A stretch of DNA of 64,000 nt from Candidatus Latescibacterota bacterium (GCA_965204375.1 OZ241986.1:1632001-1696000); one strand, 5' to 3'. Counted from the stretch's first letter, positions 20,666-31,663 are shown. The notes: generated by a model not told the origin, from the sequence alone. Numbers and translations: made by a program.

Positions 20666-21061
20666 TTCTAAGATGCTTTGAACCTACTTTAGGAGCGATA
20701 AATCCCTGTTAAATCACAGCAACACACACAACAGCCCGGTCGTTTTTTTGTATTCACAGCCCTCTCGATAGCCCTCTTTTCGAGTTCTCAGGCCCGATAT
20801 TGGCACTTTTTTGGCGCAAACATACTCCCAAAAAGGCACTAAAAAATAGATTTCTAGCCGCAATAAGACACTCTTTTATAAAAAATTTGGCTCAGATATC
20901 AGGCACGACACTACCAAACGGCGACAAAAATAGAGCAGCTAATGCTCGCCTCGAGTACAATACAAAAGTCCGGGTAATTTTGTGTGGACTTGACCTGTTT
21001 TAGTGGACAACTTATCTCTTTCAGAGAAAGGAGTCCAAAAGACGAAAGGATTTGTGTAACG

Positions 21062-24000
21062 ATGACAAAGTTTCAACCTTTAGGCCAGGTTCAATCTACT
21101 GCCGACACAAGTCAGATCGGCACGATTATCAAAGCTCTTCCTAAACATGCGGGTATGCAATATTATGAGGTGGATTATGGTGGGGGGCCGCGTGTTATAG
21201 TAGCTGAGAGCAACTTGAGACCTTATACGAATTTACAGAAGCCAAGCGAGTATCTGCTGGCTGGACTAATGGGAGGGTATCAGGAATTTCAAAGGCTTAT
21301 GACACATCGGCGGTTGCTTCGAGAACATACTTTAAGAAACAATATTTATGCTTTTAATGCGTCCAGAACCCAGTTTTTTCCTTACCAGTTCAAACCGCTT
21401 CTCAAACTTTTGGATTCTACACGTCATCGGCTACTCATTGCAGATGAAGTTGGACTGGGTAAGACAATAGAAGCTGGATTGATTCTAACCGAATTGATGG
21501 CTCGGCAGCATTTGCAGCGGGTACTGGTAGTCTGTCCATCCAATTTGATAGGCAAGTGGCGGTTAGAACTCAGGAACAGGTTTGGTGAAGATTTTGAGAT
21601 TGTGAAGTCTACCAGATTTCTGGATTTTCTCGAAGATTATGAAGACCGGCCTGAACATACCCGTATAAAAGGGATTATATCGCTAGAAAGCATCCGTAGA
21701 AACGCTGTTCTGGACCGCTTGGATGAGCTTGCGCCAGATTTTGACTTGGTAATTGTAGATGAAGCACACCACCTGCGAAATTTTTCCACTAAGCAGCGTC
21801 AGGCAGGTGTCCTACTCGGACAGGGTGCAGGCACGATGTTGATGTTAACGGCAACGCCTATACATTTGGGTAATGAAAATCTTTTTAGCCTTTTGAATAT
21901 TCTTGATGAAGAAGATTTCCCCGATATGTACACGGTTGACAGACGATTCCGAAACAATGAACCTATTGTTAGTGCCCAGATTTGTGTCGGACAGGTACCA
22001 CCAAACACCGAAAAAGCTCTTGAGCTTTTGGAAGGCATTCGCTATGCACCGGAAATTACTGAAAATCCACTCTACTCCGAAGTAATCTCTAGTCTGAAAG
22101 ACCTTAAAAGTAGAGATCACCCTGAATCCGAGCAGATGAGGATCCTATTGGAAATACAGAGGGATCTTTCTGAGCTAAACCTGATTGGTCATATCTTTAC
22201 GCGCACTCGAAAGCGGGAAGTACAGGAGCATGTAGCAGAGCGACAGGCTTTTCCTTTACAACTCCAGTTTACGGAAGTTGAACAGCAGTTCTACCGCGCG
22301 GTTACTGCATATGTAAGAGAGGAGAGTAAACGCAGGACGGATTCTCCTATTATTCGGCAGTGGATTCTCAACACACCTCAGCGCAGGGTCGCTTCTTCAA
22401 TTCCAGCGATGGTCAGACATTATCAGAATCATCTGGGACTTGATCGGGAAGACTTGTCGGAAGATCTTGACACATCAAGCATGGAAGGCGTATCAAGCCA
22501 GGCCGGAGCACTTGAAGTAGCTCGGCAACATCTTCAGCAAATCGTAGCAGACTGGCCTGTGGATGGACCTGACTCGAAATACGAGAAATTTATCGAAATT
22601 CTCAGGCAGCTCAAAAGCCAAGAAGGCAACATCAAAGTTGTTGTTTTCGCCTTTTTCAAAGCGACTCTGAATTATCTTCTGGAAAGGCTAAGAAAAGATG
22701 GTATCTGTGCGGTTTTGATCAGCGGAGATGTAGATGCGGATGAAAGGCCAGGTATTATTGAAAGATTTCGAACAGATCCTGAGATAGAAGTGTTGCTGTC
22801 TTCCCGGGTAGGCAGTGAAGGGCTTGATTTTCAGTTTTCTAATACACTTTTTAATTATGATCTGCCCTGGAACCCCATGGAGGTTGAGCAGAGAATCGGC
22901 CGTCTAGATCGTATCGGCCAGGAGTCGAGAATCATTCGGATCTACAACTTTTCGATTGAAGGCACAATTGAACAACGGATATTGGATCGCCTTTACGAAC
23001 GATTAGATATTTTCAGACGGTCTATTGGCGAACTGGAGGCCATTCTGGGTGATAAGCTTCAAGACCTAGAACGAGATTTCCTTGTGCAAGATTTGAGTCC
23101 TGAAGAAGAAGAAAGGCGTATCGTCGAAACTACCAGGGTCATTGAACAAAGGCTGAAGGATCTGGAACAACTCGAAAATGAAACTGCACAGTTTCTGGGC
23201 GTTGATCAGTATTTTGAGGAAGAAGTGCAGAAAATCAGGGATTGCAGACGGTATATCACTGGTGAACAGTTGAGACGGTTTTATGTGGACTTCATCAAGC
23301 ATACTTGTCCGAGAACGAAGCTGGAATACGATATAGACACCAACACGGGCAAGCTGTATCCTGACGAAAAGCTTCGAAATTTTATTACGCATCAACAAGC
23401 GTCGGGAGATATTATAGAATATTTGAATCGGTCAGGGCGCGGCATTTCGATTACATTCGATTCTCAGACGGCTTTCAATCATCCTAATCTAGATTTCATC
23501 AATATTCTGCATCCACTTACTCAGGCTATATCCCGCTATTACGGTCAAAATTCAGATCAATTGTCTAACGCCCATCATGTCGTTTTGGATACACAGAGCC
23601 TTCAGCCAGGCTTTTACTATTACAGTATATTTTTTGTTCGAACGTTGGGAGCACGTAGTGCCAATACGTTGGAAATGGTTATCTTAAACGACCAGATCAA
23701 AGAGGCTTGTTCACAGATGGATGCGGAGGTTGTCCTTGGAGAAATGGTTGAGAAAGGTGAAGACCCGGTTGGTGCTGGTCTTGAAATAGATCCACAATGG
23801 ATTCAAGAAGCAGGTAGTTACGCAGATACAATATTCTTGGAGCGAGTTGGTGCAATCCGTGATGCTTTGGAGCGAAGTAACGACTCATTTGTAGATCGGA
23901 GGCTAGTCAGCTTGCGTAGCTTTTACAACAAAAGAATCGATAAACAGCGTGATCTTCTACGAAGGGGTGAAACTGCACAACGGCAGGAGCGATATTTGCG

Positions 24001-24133
24001 GATGCTTCGTGGGACACTAACACGACTGGAGAGCGAATTAAAAAGTAAAGAAGATGAATTGGAGCAAAGGAGAAAGGTGGGGGTTGATCATGAAGGCATT
24101 GCTGCAGGAATTCTTGAAGTTTCTGAAAGGTAA
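21062..24133 (+). CDS. SNF2-family (RapA/HepA-like) helicase
   Basis: IADEVGLGKT, VDEAHH, LTATP, VGSEGLDFQ, NYDLPWNP..EQRIGRLDRIGQ; C-terminal coiled coil. Confidence 0.93.
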   Translation: MTKFQPLGQVQSTADTSQIGTIIKALPKHAGMQYYEVDYGGGPRVIVAESNLRPYTNLQKPSEYLLAGLMGGYQEFQRLMTHRRLLREHTLRNNIYAFNASRTQFFPYQFKPLLKLLDSTRHRLLIADEVGLGKTIEAGLILTELMARQHLQRVLVVCPSNLIGKWRLELRNRFGEDFEIVKSTRFLDFLEDYEDRPEHTRIKGIISLESIRRNAVLDRLDELAPDFDLVIVDEAHHLRNFSTKQRQAGVLLGQGAGTMLMLTATPIHLGNENLFSLLNILDEEDFPDMYTVDRRFRNNEPIVSAQICVGQVPPNTEKALELLEGIRYAPEITENPLYSEVISSLKDLKSRDHPESEQMRILLEIQRDLSELNLIGHIFTRTRKREVQEHVAERQAFPLQLQFTEVEQQFYRAVTAYVREESKRRTDSPIIRQWILNTPQRRVASSIPAMVRHYQNHLGLDREDLSEDLDTSSMEGVSSQAGALEVARQHLQQIVADWPVDGPDSKYEKFIEILRQLKSQEGNIKVVVFAFFKATLNYLLERLRKDGICAVLISGDVDADERPGIIERFRTDPEIEVLLSSRVGSEGLDFQFSNTLFNYDLPWNPMEVEQRIGRLDRIGQESRIIRIYNFSIEGTIEQRILDRLYERLDIFRRSIGELEAILGDKLQDLERDFLVQDLSPEEEERRIVETTRVIEQRLKDLEQLENETAQFLGVDQYFEEEVQKIRDCRRYITGEQLRRFYVDFIKHTCPRTKLEYDIDTNTGKLYPDEKLRNFITHQQASGDIIEYLNRSGRGISITFDSQTAFNHPNLDFINILHPLTQAISRYYGQNSDQLSNAHHVVLDTQSLQPGFYYYSIFFVRTLGARSANTLEMVILNDQIKEACSQMDAEVVLGEMVEKGEDPVGAGLEIDPQWIQEAGSYADTIFLERVGAIRDALERSNDSFVDRRLVSLRSFYNKRIDKQRDLLRRGETAQRQERYLRMLRGTLTRLESELKSKEDELEQRRKVGVDHEGIAAGILEVSER

Positions 24134-25721
24134 ACGAGAAGAACCTCAAGAAACTTCTGGTAGAAAATTTTCTCAGAACAGTGTCTCTAAGTCTGTGCAG
24201 AGACACGCAAGGGATGAAGTAGATCAGATTACCCAAAAACCGATTAAGCAAGCAGAGGCGAAAAAACAAAGACTATCTGGACCGGTTCGGCGGCGGGTTG
24301 AAAAGATACAGATACAGGTAGGATTGGATTTTGGCACCAGCAGCACAAAAATCGCGTATGCGCCGATCAGCGGTGTTGGACAGCGTCCAGTCCGTCCACT
24401 GATATTCGATCACAATTTGAAAACATATGAGACTTTCTGTCTGCCGTCGCTCGCTGCTTTTGATCGAAATCGTAAGTTACTTTTAGGTATTGAAGCAGCA
24501 AAATTACTGGAAAATGAGCCTTGGGATTCCGGATTAAGACGGCTCAAAGTTGTTGTGGCAGGAAAATATGAGCAGTCTTTTGTCGATCCCAATACGAAAA
24601 CGGCTTTTGACAAGTATTTGGAGCAGCATGATATAAAAACAAAAACCCATTCACCAGAATTGATCACTTCGGTTTACTTGGCCTATGCGATGCGTCAGGC
24701 CCGACTTGCCATACAGAATGTGCCGGACTTTCGCAACCACGAGCTTGATCTGCTTTTTAATGTTTGTGTTCCTATTGATCACCTGGAAAAAAGACGTGTG
24801 CTGCTCGCTTTTCATAATATCCTTGCCTGGGCCGAGGCTATCGAAGAAGCTTGGAATCAGTCAAATGGTTCATTTGATCCACTTGAATTTGCACGCAAGG
24901 TCAAGAAGAATGTTGAATATCGCCCGGCAGATCGATACGGTCTAAGTCGGCAAGATAGTGAAAGGCGAGTTTTTGCTGTCCCGGAAGCAGTTGCAGAAGC
25001 AGCTTCATACTTGACTTCCTTACAGAGACAGGAGGGTGTTCACGCTATTATTGATTTGGGTGCAGGGACCACGGATGTCTCTTTTTTTAATCTCAGACCT
25101 GAAAACGGAGGTCTCAAACCGTTCTGGTATTCAGCAGGAAATATTCCTGAAGGAGGATATAAAGTTGAGCGTGTTATTGCTGATCATCTAATAGCGAAAA
25201 AAGGCGGTTGTAGCTCTGGTGATATTCTCGAAGTTCTTCAAGTGCTCGATAGAAGTCGCCAAGGAAGCAAACTTTATAGTGATGACATCAGACACAAAGT
25301 CAGAAAAACTCTGGAAGGTATTCATTTAAAAGCTACAGATGTCTGGCGAGCAGCTTACAGGGACAAACTGAAGAGGCAATCTTTATGGGAAGATGTGCAG
25401 GTCTTTATTTCAGGGGGAATCGCTAACATACCTTCTGTTAAGAGCGTTTTTTCGGCACCTTGGATGCAGCAATTAAAAAATATCAGATACCCTGTTCACT
25501 ATCTCCCAACCCCCGAAGATTACGACTCAGCGAATGGAGAGGTACCTTTTCGACGGATGGCTGTTGCCTATGGTTTATCGCGTCCTGCTCCAGAACTCGG
25601 AGAGTTTATATTGCCAGCAGACTGTCCCAATCATACACCAGATCCTCTACCCATTAAAACACACGAAGGTAATCGAGATGGTAGTGGCCTTAGACCTAAT
25701 TCGGATTGGCTCGGAAGGTGA
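24090..25721 (+). CDS. actin/Hsp70-superfamily ATPase-fold protein
   Basis: VGLDFGTSSTK (phosphate 1), VPEAVA, IIDLGAGTTDVS (phosphate 2), ISGGIANIP (adenosine), VAYGL. Confidence 0.8.
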   Translation: MKALLQEFLKFLKGKREEPQETSGRKFSQNSVSKSVQRHARDEVDQITQKPIKQAEAKKQRLSGPVRRRVEKIQIQVGLDFGTSSTKIAYAPISGVGQRPVRPLIFDHNLKTYETFCLPSLAAFDRNRKLLLGIEAAKLLENEPWDSGLRRLKVVVAGKYEQSFVDPNTKTAFDKYLEQHDIKTKTHSPELITSVYLAYAMRQARLAIQNVPDFRNHELDLLFNVCVPIDHLEKRRVLLAFHNILAWAEAIEEAWNQSNGSFDPLEFARKVKKNVEYRPADRYGLSRQDSERRVFAVPEAVAEAASYLTSLQRQEGVHAIIDLGAGTTDVSFFNLRPENGGLKPFWYSAGNIPEGGYKVERVIADHLIAKKGGCSSGDILEVLQVLDRSRQGSKLYSDDIRHKVRKTLEGIHLKATDVWRAAYRDKLKRQSLWEDVQVFISGGIANIPSVKSVFSAPWMQQLKNIRYPVHYLPTPEDYDSANGEVPFRRMAVAYGLSRPAPELGEFILPADCPNHTPDPLPIKTHEGNRDGSGLRPNSDWLGR

Positions 25722-25786
25722 GATGGATTTCTGGATGGGAGGAAATCCTAACACAAAACAGGTGTTTCAACTCTTAATAGCGTGAC

Positions 25787-26077
25787 TTGCTCGGTGTTGC
25801 CAGCGCTTCGGAGAAATCACCTGGGCGTTGGGATCTCGGGCTTCCTCCAGCCCGGTATGGCACTTTTGTTCTGTTATGTGAAGATACAAAAGGCGAAATC
25901 CATACGTTCATTGCATCCAGAGATTTTACACAGAAATTCATAGACAAACTCAGCCGTGACTATAACGGCCAGATCAAATTAAACGTTAAAAAAACCGGCT
26001 CCAAATTTTACCTAACCATACCGGGAAGTCCCGATGAGTCGATTGTAAATCTGAAGGATCAATTTGAGAATATCTAA
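25787..26077 (+). CDS. hypothetical protein (start uncertain, possibly frameshifted from ATG 25723)
   Basis: Open frame directly after the ATPase gene; no good RBS at the TTG. Confidence 0.4.
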   Translation: MLGVASASEKSPGRWDLGLPPARYGTFVLLCEDTKGEIHTFIASRDFTQKFIDKLSRDYNGQIKLNVKKTGSKFYLTIPGSPDESIVNLKDQFENI

Positions 26078-26088
26078 GGAGTCAGAAA

Positions 26089-27141
26089 ATGGAACAGGAA
26101 TTTCAGGAGCGTGTCGTAAGGATAGAGCCTCCGAAACGTCACTTCGTATTTCTGATTGCACCTGACGGTTCTATGCTCGGCCTTGATGAAAGTAGCGAAC
26201 TCGCCTTGCACGACGAAGCCGACGATCGTGTGATCTGGGATCGCACACCAGAAGGCATAAAGCACGTGGCAACCGGTAAAGATGTATCCACCGATATCGA
26301 TGAGGATGTCTGCACATTGTCTGTCGGTTCAGACGAGATGACCTTCACCACCTATCACGGCCCTGAAAAATTGCCGTCTGAATATCTCGAACACTTAAAG
26401 CGCGAAGGGTGGGTCTGTCTGACCTGTATTCTGCCACCAGACATTTTAGAAGATATGGAACGCGTCGCCGGTACAGATCGTTACGAACACTTGGAAATGA
26501 ACACCGACATGCCCAGGATCTGTCAGAGTGTCTCTGTTGCCAGAGCATCCATTGAGCCCATCTCCATTTGGTTGGCCAGGCGGTATATGGGAGCCCACGA
26601 TTTACACCTCTCGCATCCACCCGGTTTTAGAATCGAGTACCCGGATGATGGCAAAAGAAAACTGGGCGGTTGGCACTCTGATTTTCCCTATTCGGCGTCA
26701 ACCGGTGGCAATGAGCCTCCCGACAGAAAGGGACCCATTAAGGCCATGCAACGTAATGTCTGTGTGTCTGACTTTACCAAGATTCGCGGTGCAACAGCAT
26801 TTAAACTGGGCTCACATCTATCAGACACACCCCCACCACCAGAATGGAACGACACACAAGCGAGTCGCTTTCCCTATCACGGCCCTGAAGCCGATGTGAT
26901 AGAAGCGCCCGGTGGTAGCGTCATCCTCTACGATGCCAGGGTGTGGCATCGAGCAGGCATCAACCGCAGCCAGCAGAAAAGAGCTGCAATGCTACAATCG
27001 TTCCAAGCACCAGATGTTCTGCCCAAAAACGACACCACAGCCACGTATGAACGCCTCGTGGAGAGTCCCATTTTCAATGAACTAAATGATAGAGAACAGA
27101 AGGATATAACAGCACTGCTGACCAATACAGTGGAAAAATGA
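26089..27141 (+). CDS. PhyH-family Fe(II)/2-oxoglutarate dioxygenase with N-terminal extension
   Basis: LKREGW, GWHSD, GSH, PGGSVILYDARVWHRAG.N....R. Confidence 0.85.
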   Translation: MEQEFQERVVRIEPPKRHFVFLIAPDGSMLGLDESSELALHDEADDRVIWDRTPEGIKHVATGKDVSTDIDEDVCTLSVGSDEMTFTTYHGPEKLPSEYLEHLKREGWVCLTCILPPDILEDMERVAGTDRYEHLEMNTDMPRICQSVSVARASIEPISIWLARRYMGAHDLHLSHPPGFRIEYPDDGKRKLGGWHSDFPYSASTGGNEPPDRKGPIKAMQRNVCVSDFTKIRGATAFKLGSHLSDTPPPPEWNDTQASRFPYHGPEADVIEAPGGSVILYDARVWHRAGINRSQQKRAAMLQSFQAPDVLPKNDTTATYERLVESPIFNELNDREQKDITALLTNTVEK

Positions 27142-29369
27142 TGGAATCAAATTTTCGTGGCAAGATAGGCATCTCCTACAAGGATTCAGAGCCAGATTGG
27201 CTTTCCCCCCCATCGTCAGACGGTGCTCCAAACGTCCTTGTGATTCTTCTGGATGATACCGGATTCGGCAATCTGGGTTGCTATGGTTCGACAATCGAAA
27301 CACCAAACATGGACGCCCTCGCAGCAAACGGGTTGCGGTACAACAATTTTCATGTCACGCCCCTATGTTCCCCGACCCGAGCATCTCTGTTAACCGGCCG
27401 TAACCACCATGCCGTTGGTATGTCGACGATAGTCGATGGCGGTGATGCTGGGTTTCCCAACTGTCGAAGTCGCGTGAGCCGACACGCGGCAACCCTGGCA
27501 GAGATGCTGAGCGAAGAAGGCTTCGCCACCTTTGCCCTGGGCAAATGGCATCTCAACCCCAGTACACAAAACTCAGCTGGTGGATCTCGTGAAGAATGGC
27601 CATTACAGCGCGGGTTCGATCGCTTCTACGGATTCTTACCCGGTGCAACCGATCAGTTTTATCCAGAACTGACCTATGACAACCACCCTGTATCGCCCCC
27701 AAAAACGCCTGAAGAAGGTTATCACCTCACAGAGGATCTGGTAGATCACGCCATCGAGTTTGTCAATGACCTCAAGGCCATGCGTCCCGAAACACCGTTC
27801 TTCATGTACTTCGCGCCCGGTGCTATGCATAACCCACATCAAGCGCCAAAAGAATACATCGATAAATACAAAGGTCGTTTTGACGAAGGGTGGGACGTTA
27901 TCCGTGAGCGCTATTTTCAAAAGCAAACCGAACTTGGGATTATCCCTGACGGCACTCGCCTGCCACCCAGGAATCCTGGCGTACAGCCCTGGGAAACACT
28001 GAGCCAGAATGAAAAGAATTTCGTGTGCCGGCTGCAGGAAACATGGGCAGGTTTCCTTGAGCATACGGATGCACAAATCGGACGACTGATCGAACATCTG
28101 CGCGCTATTGATCAACTGGATAATACACTCCTGATACTCACCGCCGACAACGGCACCAGCCAAAACGGTGGTCCTTACGGTGTTATGAACATTGGTCCAA
28201 GTCCCCTGCGCAATGCCGCAAACAATGGGCAGACCGTAGGCGGGAAAACCGGTCGCGCTTTACCAGAAGAAGATTTCGATGCCATACAAGAAAAACTGGA
28301 TGACATCGGGAGCCCGCACAGCTACACCGATATCCCCTGGGGTTGGGCTCAGGTGGGCAACACACCCTTGCCATGGTACAAGCAGGATACACATGCGGGC
28401 GGTGTACGCGTGCCGATGATCATTCACTATCCCCCAGCTATAAAAGATGCGGGCGGTGTAAGGGGACAGTTCCACTTCGTTTCAGATCTCACACCAACAA
28501 TACTTGAAGTACTCAATTTACAACCTCGGTCGTGCTACCGTGGATACGATCAGATGCCTATTACGGGAACGAGCATGGCCTACACTTTTGACGACAGAGA
28601 TTGCCCTACGCAAAAACCTGTTCAGTATTTTGAAATGATGGGCAACCGTGCGCTCTGGCTCGACGGCTGGATGGCCGTTACCAGACACGACCCAGACGAC
28701 GATTACAATGATGACGAATGGGAATTGTATTATCTCGATGAAGATTTCTCGCAATCCAATAACCTCGCAAAGGCCGAGCCAGATCAACTGAAAAAGCTGA
28801 TTGAAAGATGGTGGGTAGAAGCCGGACGCTATGGCGTCTTGCCTCTGCGCTCTGGGCTGCCACCGCGCCCGATCACTGCGGAACCCGATTCGCTGACGTA
28901 TCATTTTGTTCCGCCAATGGCTCGCATTGCATCAAAACAATCGCCCGCACTGGAACAGGGAAACTGGTCATTAACTGCCGAAGTTGAGATCCTGCCAGAA
29001 ACCGAAGGCGTCATCTATGCCCAGGGAAAATCCCTCGATGGATTTTCTTTATTCATACAGAATGGCACACTGTGCTTTGTGTATAATGCGCTGGGTCAAA
29101 CAATCTCAGGTCGTTCCACAACGACGCTTCCCAATGGTCGTATTACCGTGGGCGCTGCGTTCAAACCAGCCGACGATGGCACGGGAACCATCACTCTCAC
29201 GGGAGATGGCGAGACAATCGGTTCGATCCAAATTCCAGACGCCACACGCAGGTCAAAGATGCGCGGTGTAGAAGTCGGTCGCAACCGACATTCACCCATC
29301 GCGGGCGTTTCACCTTTTGAATTCACTGGCGTTATCCATTTTGTAGATATATGCGTAGAACTCAGGTGA
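27138..29369 (+). CDS. arylsulfatase (Cys-type)
   Basis: LLDDTG, LCSPTRASLLTGRNHH, GKWHL, ADNG, GGVRVP. Confidence 0.95.
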   Translation: MMESNFRGKIGISYKDSEPDWLSPPSSDGAPNVLVILLDDTGFGNLGCYGSTIETPNMDALAANGLRYNNFHVTPLCSPTRASLLTGRNHHAVGMSTIVDGGDAGFPNCRSRVSRHAATLAEMLSEEGFATFALGKWHLNPSTQNSAGGSREEWPLQRGFDRFYGFLPGATDQFYPELTYDNHPVSPPKTPEEGYHLTEDLVDHAIEFVNDLKAMRPETPFFMYFAPGAMHNPHQAPKEYIDKYKGRFDEGWDVIRERYFQKQTELGIIPDGTRLPPRNPGVQPWETLSQNEKNFVCRLQETWAGFLEHTDAQIGRLIEHLRAIDQLDNTLLILTADNGTSQNGGPYGVMNIGPSPLRNAANNGQTVGGKTGRALPEEDFDAIQEKLDDIGSPHSYTDIPWGWAQVGNTPLPWYKQDTHAGGVRVPMIIHYPPAIKDAGGVRGQFHFVSDLTPTILEVLNLQPRSCYRGYDQMPITGTSMAYTFDDRDCPTQKPVQYFEMMGNRALWLDGWMAVTRHDPDDDYNDDEWELYYLDEDFSQSNNLAKAEPDQLKKLIERWWVEAGRYGVLPLRSGLPPRPITAEPDSLTYHFVPPMARIASKQSPALEQGNWSLTAEVEILPETEGVIYAQGKSLDGFSLFIQNGTLCFVYNALGQTISGRSTTTLPNGRITVGAAFKPADDGTGTITLTGDGETIGSIQIPDATRRSKMRGVEVGRNRHSPIAGVSPFEFTGVIHFVDICVELR

Positions 29370-29416
29370 GGGACTAATCGGGGAATGATATATGGCTGAA
29401 GTTGTCAATTGGAGGA

Positions 29417-31663
29417 ATGATGGAACATGACAGGCATTTCAATGGGACCATCGGTCGGACCTTTGAAGACTCAACTGCATCATGGATCACGAAACCGACT
29501 GAGTTAAAACAGTCGCCCAACATCGTGATGATTGTGTTAGACGATGTCGGGTATTCACAATTGGGCTGTTATGGTTCTGACATTGAGACACCTGCGCTGG
29601 ACAGTTTGGCAGAAGATGGCTTGCGATATGCCAATTTCCATGTAACCCCACTGTGTTCCCCTACCCGCACTTGCTTGTTGACGGGTCGAAACCATCATAG
29701 TGTCGGTATGGGCCGCGTGACTGAGATGAACAACGGCTTTCCCAATACACGCGGGTTTATTTCCAAAGAAGCCGCCAATCTGGCTGAACTATTGCGACCC
29801 CATGGCTATCAGACCCTCGCCGCAGGCAAATGGCACTTGAATGCCATCGATGACACGAGTCCGGCAGGGGCCTATGATCACTGGCCTTTACAACGTGGCT
29901 TTGACCGCTTCTATGGTTTCCTGGCTGGCGAGACCAACCAGTGGCATCCCGAACTCGTCATGGGCAACGAGCGCATTGAACAGCCACCCACCGAGGGCTA
30001 TCACCTGTCGGAAGATATCGTCGACCAATCTTGCAAATGGCTTCGGCAGTTGGTTTCGGCAGACCCCGACAAACCCTTCTTTCTGTACCTGGCATTTGCG
30101 GCTGGTCACTCACCCCACCACGTGCCACGAGAATTTGCAGACAAATACAAAGGTCGGTTTGACGGTGGCTGGGATGTTGCGCGTGACAAAACCCTAACTC
30201 GACAGAAAGCATTCGGTCTATTGCCTGATGATCAACGTCTCGCCTCGCGGAATGATGGTGTACAACCCTGGAACGAGCTGAGCGCAGATGAGCAACGCCT
30301 TGCATCCAGGTTCAAGGAAGTCTTTGCTGGCTTCATGGAACACACCGATGTTCAAATCGCCCGTTTGCTTGCCCAGTTGGATGCACTCGGTAAACGCGAC
30401 GAAACCATTGTGATCGCCCTTTCTGACAATGGCGCAGCATCTCTGGGTGGTCCTCACGGTAGCTACCATCATCTGCGTTCTCGCATAGGAGATCCACCCA
30501 CAGTTGAGGAAAATCTCGCCCACATTGATGACCTCGGCAGTCCTCTAAGCTATCCCATTTATCCTTCCGGCTGGGCGATGGCGGGCAACACGCCGTTCAA
30601 ACGCTATAAAGGAAATACCTATGCAGGCGGTGTCCGCGCACCGCTGCTCATCCGTTGGCCAGCGGGTATCCAGGCCAAAGGCGAAACGCGGCGACAGTTT
30701 TATCATGTGGTGGATATAACCCCGACCTTGTTAGACCTTCTGGGGCTGGATCTGCCCAATCAGGTGAACGGCATAGAACAAATCCCTTTGCATGGTACGT
30801 CGATGGCTCACACACTGAATGACAATACGGCGGATACCCGAAAAAAAATCCAGTATTTCGAAACGACTGGTCAAAGAGCGATCTGGCACGAAGGCTGGAA
30901 AGCCGTGACCTTCCACACCAGAGGCACCGACTTCGATACAGACGAATGGGAGCTTTATCATTTGGATCAGGACCTGGCCGAGATAGACAACCTGGCAGAT
31001 CAGCATCCTGAAAAATTAAGAGAAATGATCGACCTCTGGTGGCGTGAAGCGAAGCAATACGGCGTCTTACCTCTGGATGATATAGGTGGCAGAAATGGTG
31101 TGGGCTGGTGGCCTGAACCCAAGGATCGCTGGGTATTATACCAGGATGCGGTACTGCCCCACCATTTTAAATCCGGCCCAAGAGTGCTCGGTCTCTCACA
31201 TCGCATTACCGCACGCATTGAACGTAAATCAACGGACGTCGAAGGTACTATTGTCGCCGATGGTGGTCGATTTGGTGGCTGGAGCTTATTCATCCACGAC
31301 AATCGCCTGCACTATACAAACAACCACTCCGGCGATCAAAAACGCATCTCTTCATCAGTGACAATTCCACCGGGCAATGTAACACTTCGTCTTGATGTGG
31401 TGAAAACCGGAGAAGATGAAGGGCGTGCACGTTTCTTCGTAAATGACCAGCCTGCGGGCGAAGGTCTTATATCACCATTTCGCCAATATAACTTTGTCAA
31501 CGAACCCTTTGAAGTGGGGCGAGATAGCCAGACACCCGTTGACGATCACTACAACGCCCCGTTTGTATTCTCAGGCCAAATCGTCGATGTGGTGATCGAG
31601 GCCGTAGGTGAAGAGATCGTGGATCAAAATACCCTGCTTGAAGAACTGATGAGTAGTCAATAG
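29417..31663 (+). CDS. arylsulfatase (Cys-type), paralog of the upstream gene
   Basis: VLDDVG, LCSPTRTCLLTGRNHH, GKWHL, SDNG, GGVRAP. Confidence 0.95.
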   Translation: MMEHDRHFNGTIGRTFEDSTASWITKPTELKQSPNIVMIVLDDVGYSQLGCYGSDIETPALDSLAEDGLRYANFHVTPLCSPTRTCLLTGRNHHSVGMGRVTEMNNGFPNTRGFISKEAANLAELLRPHGYQTLAAGKWHLNAIDDTSPAGAYDHWPLQRGFDRFYGFLAGETNQWHPELVMGNERIEQPPTEGYHLSEDIVDQSCKWLRQLVSADPDKPFFLYLAFAAGHSPHHVPREFADKYKGRFDGGWDVARDKTLTRQKAFGLLPDDQRLASRNDGVQPWNELSADEQRLASRFKEVFAGFMEHTDVQIARLLAQLDALGKRDETIVIALSDNGAASLGGPHGSYHHLRSRIGDPPTVEENLAHIDDLGSPLSYPIYPSGWAMAGNTPFKRYKGNTYAGGVRAPLLIRWPAGIQAKGETRRQFYHVVDITPTLLDLLGLDLPNQVNGIEQIPLHGTSMAHTLNDNTADTRKKIQYFETTGQRAIWHEGWKAVTFHTRGTDFDTDEWELYHLDQDLAEIDNLADQHPEKLREMIDLWWREAKQYGVLPLDDIGGRNGVGWWPEPKDRWVLYQDAVLPHHFKSGPRVLGLSHRITARIERKSTDVEGTIVADGGRFGGWSLFIHDNRLHYTNNHSGDQKRISSSVTIPPGNVTLRLDVVKTGEDEGRARFFVNDQPAGEGLISPFRQYNFVNEPFEVGRDSQTPVDDHYNAPFVFSGQIVDVVIEAVGEEIVDQNTLLEELMSSQ

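Noticed and set aside
20801-20815. Sigma-54-like TGGCACTTTTTTGGC
   Set aside because: The -12 box deviates (TGGC instead of TTGC) and it lies about 250 nt from the next start
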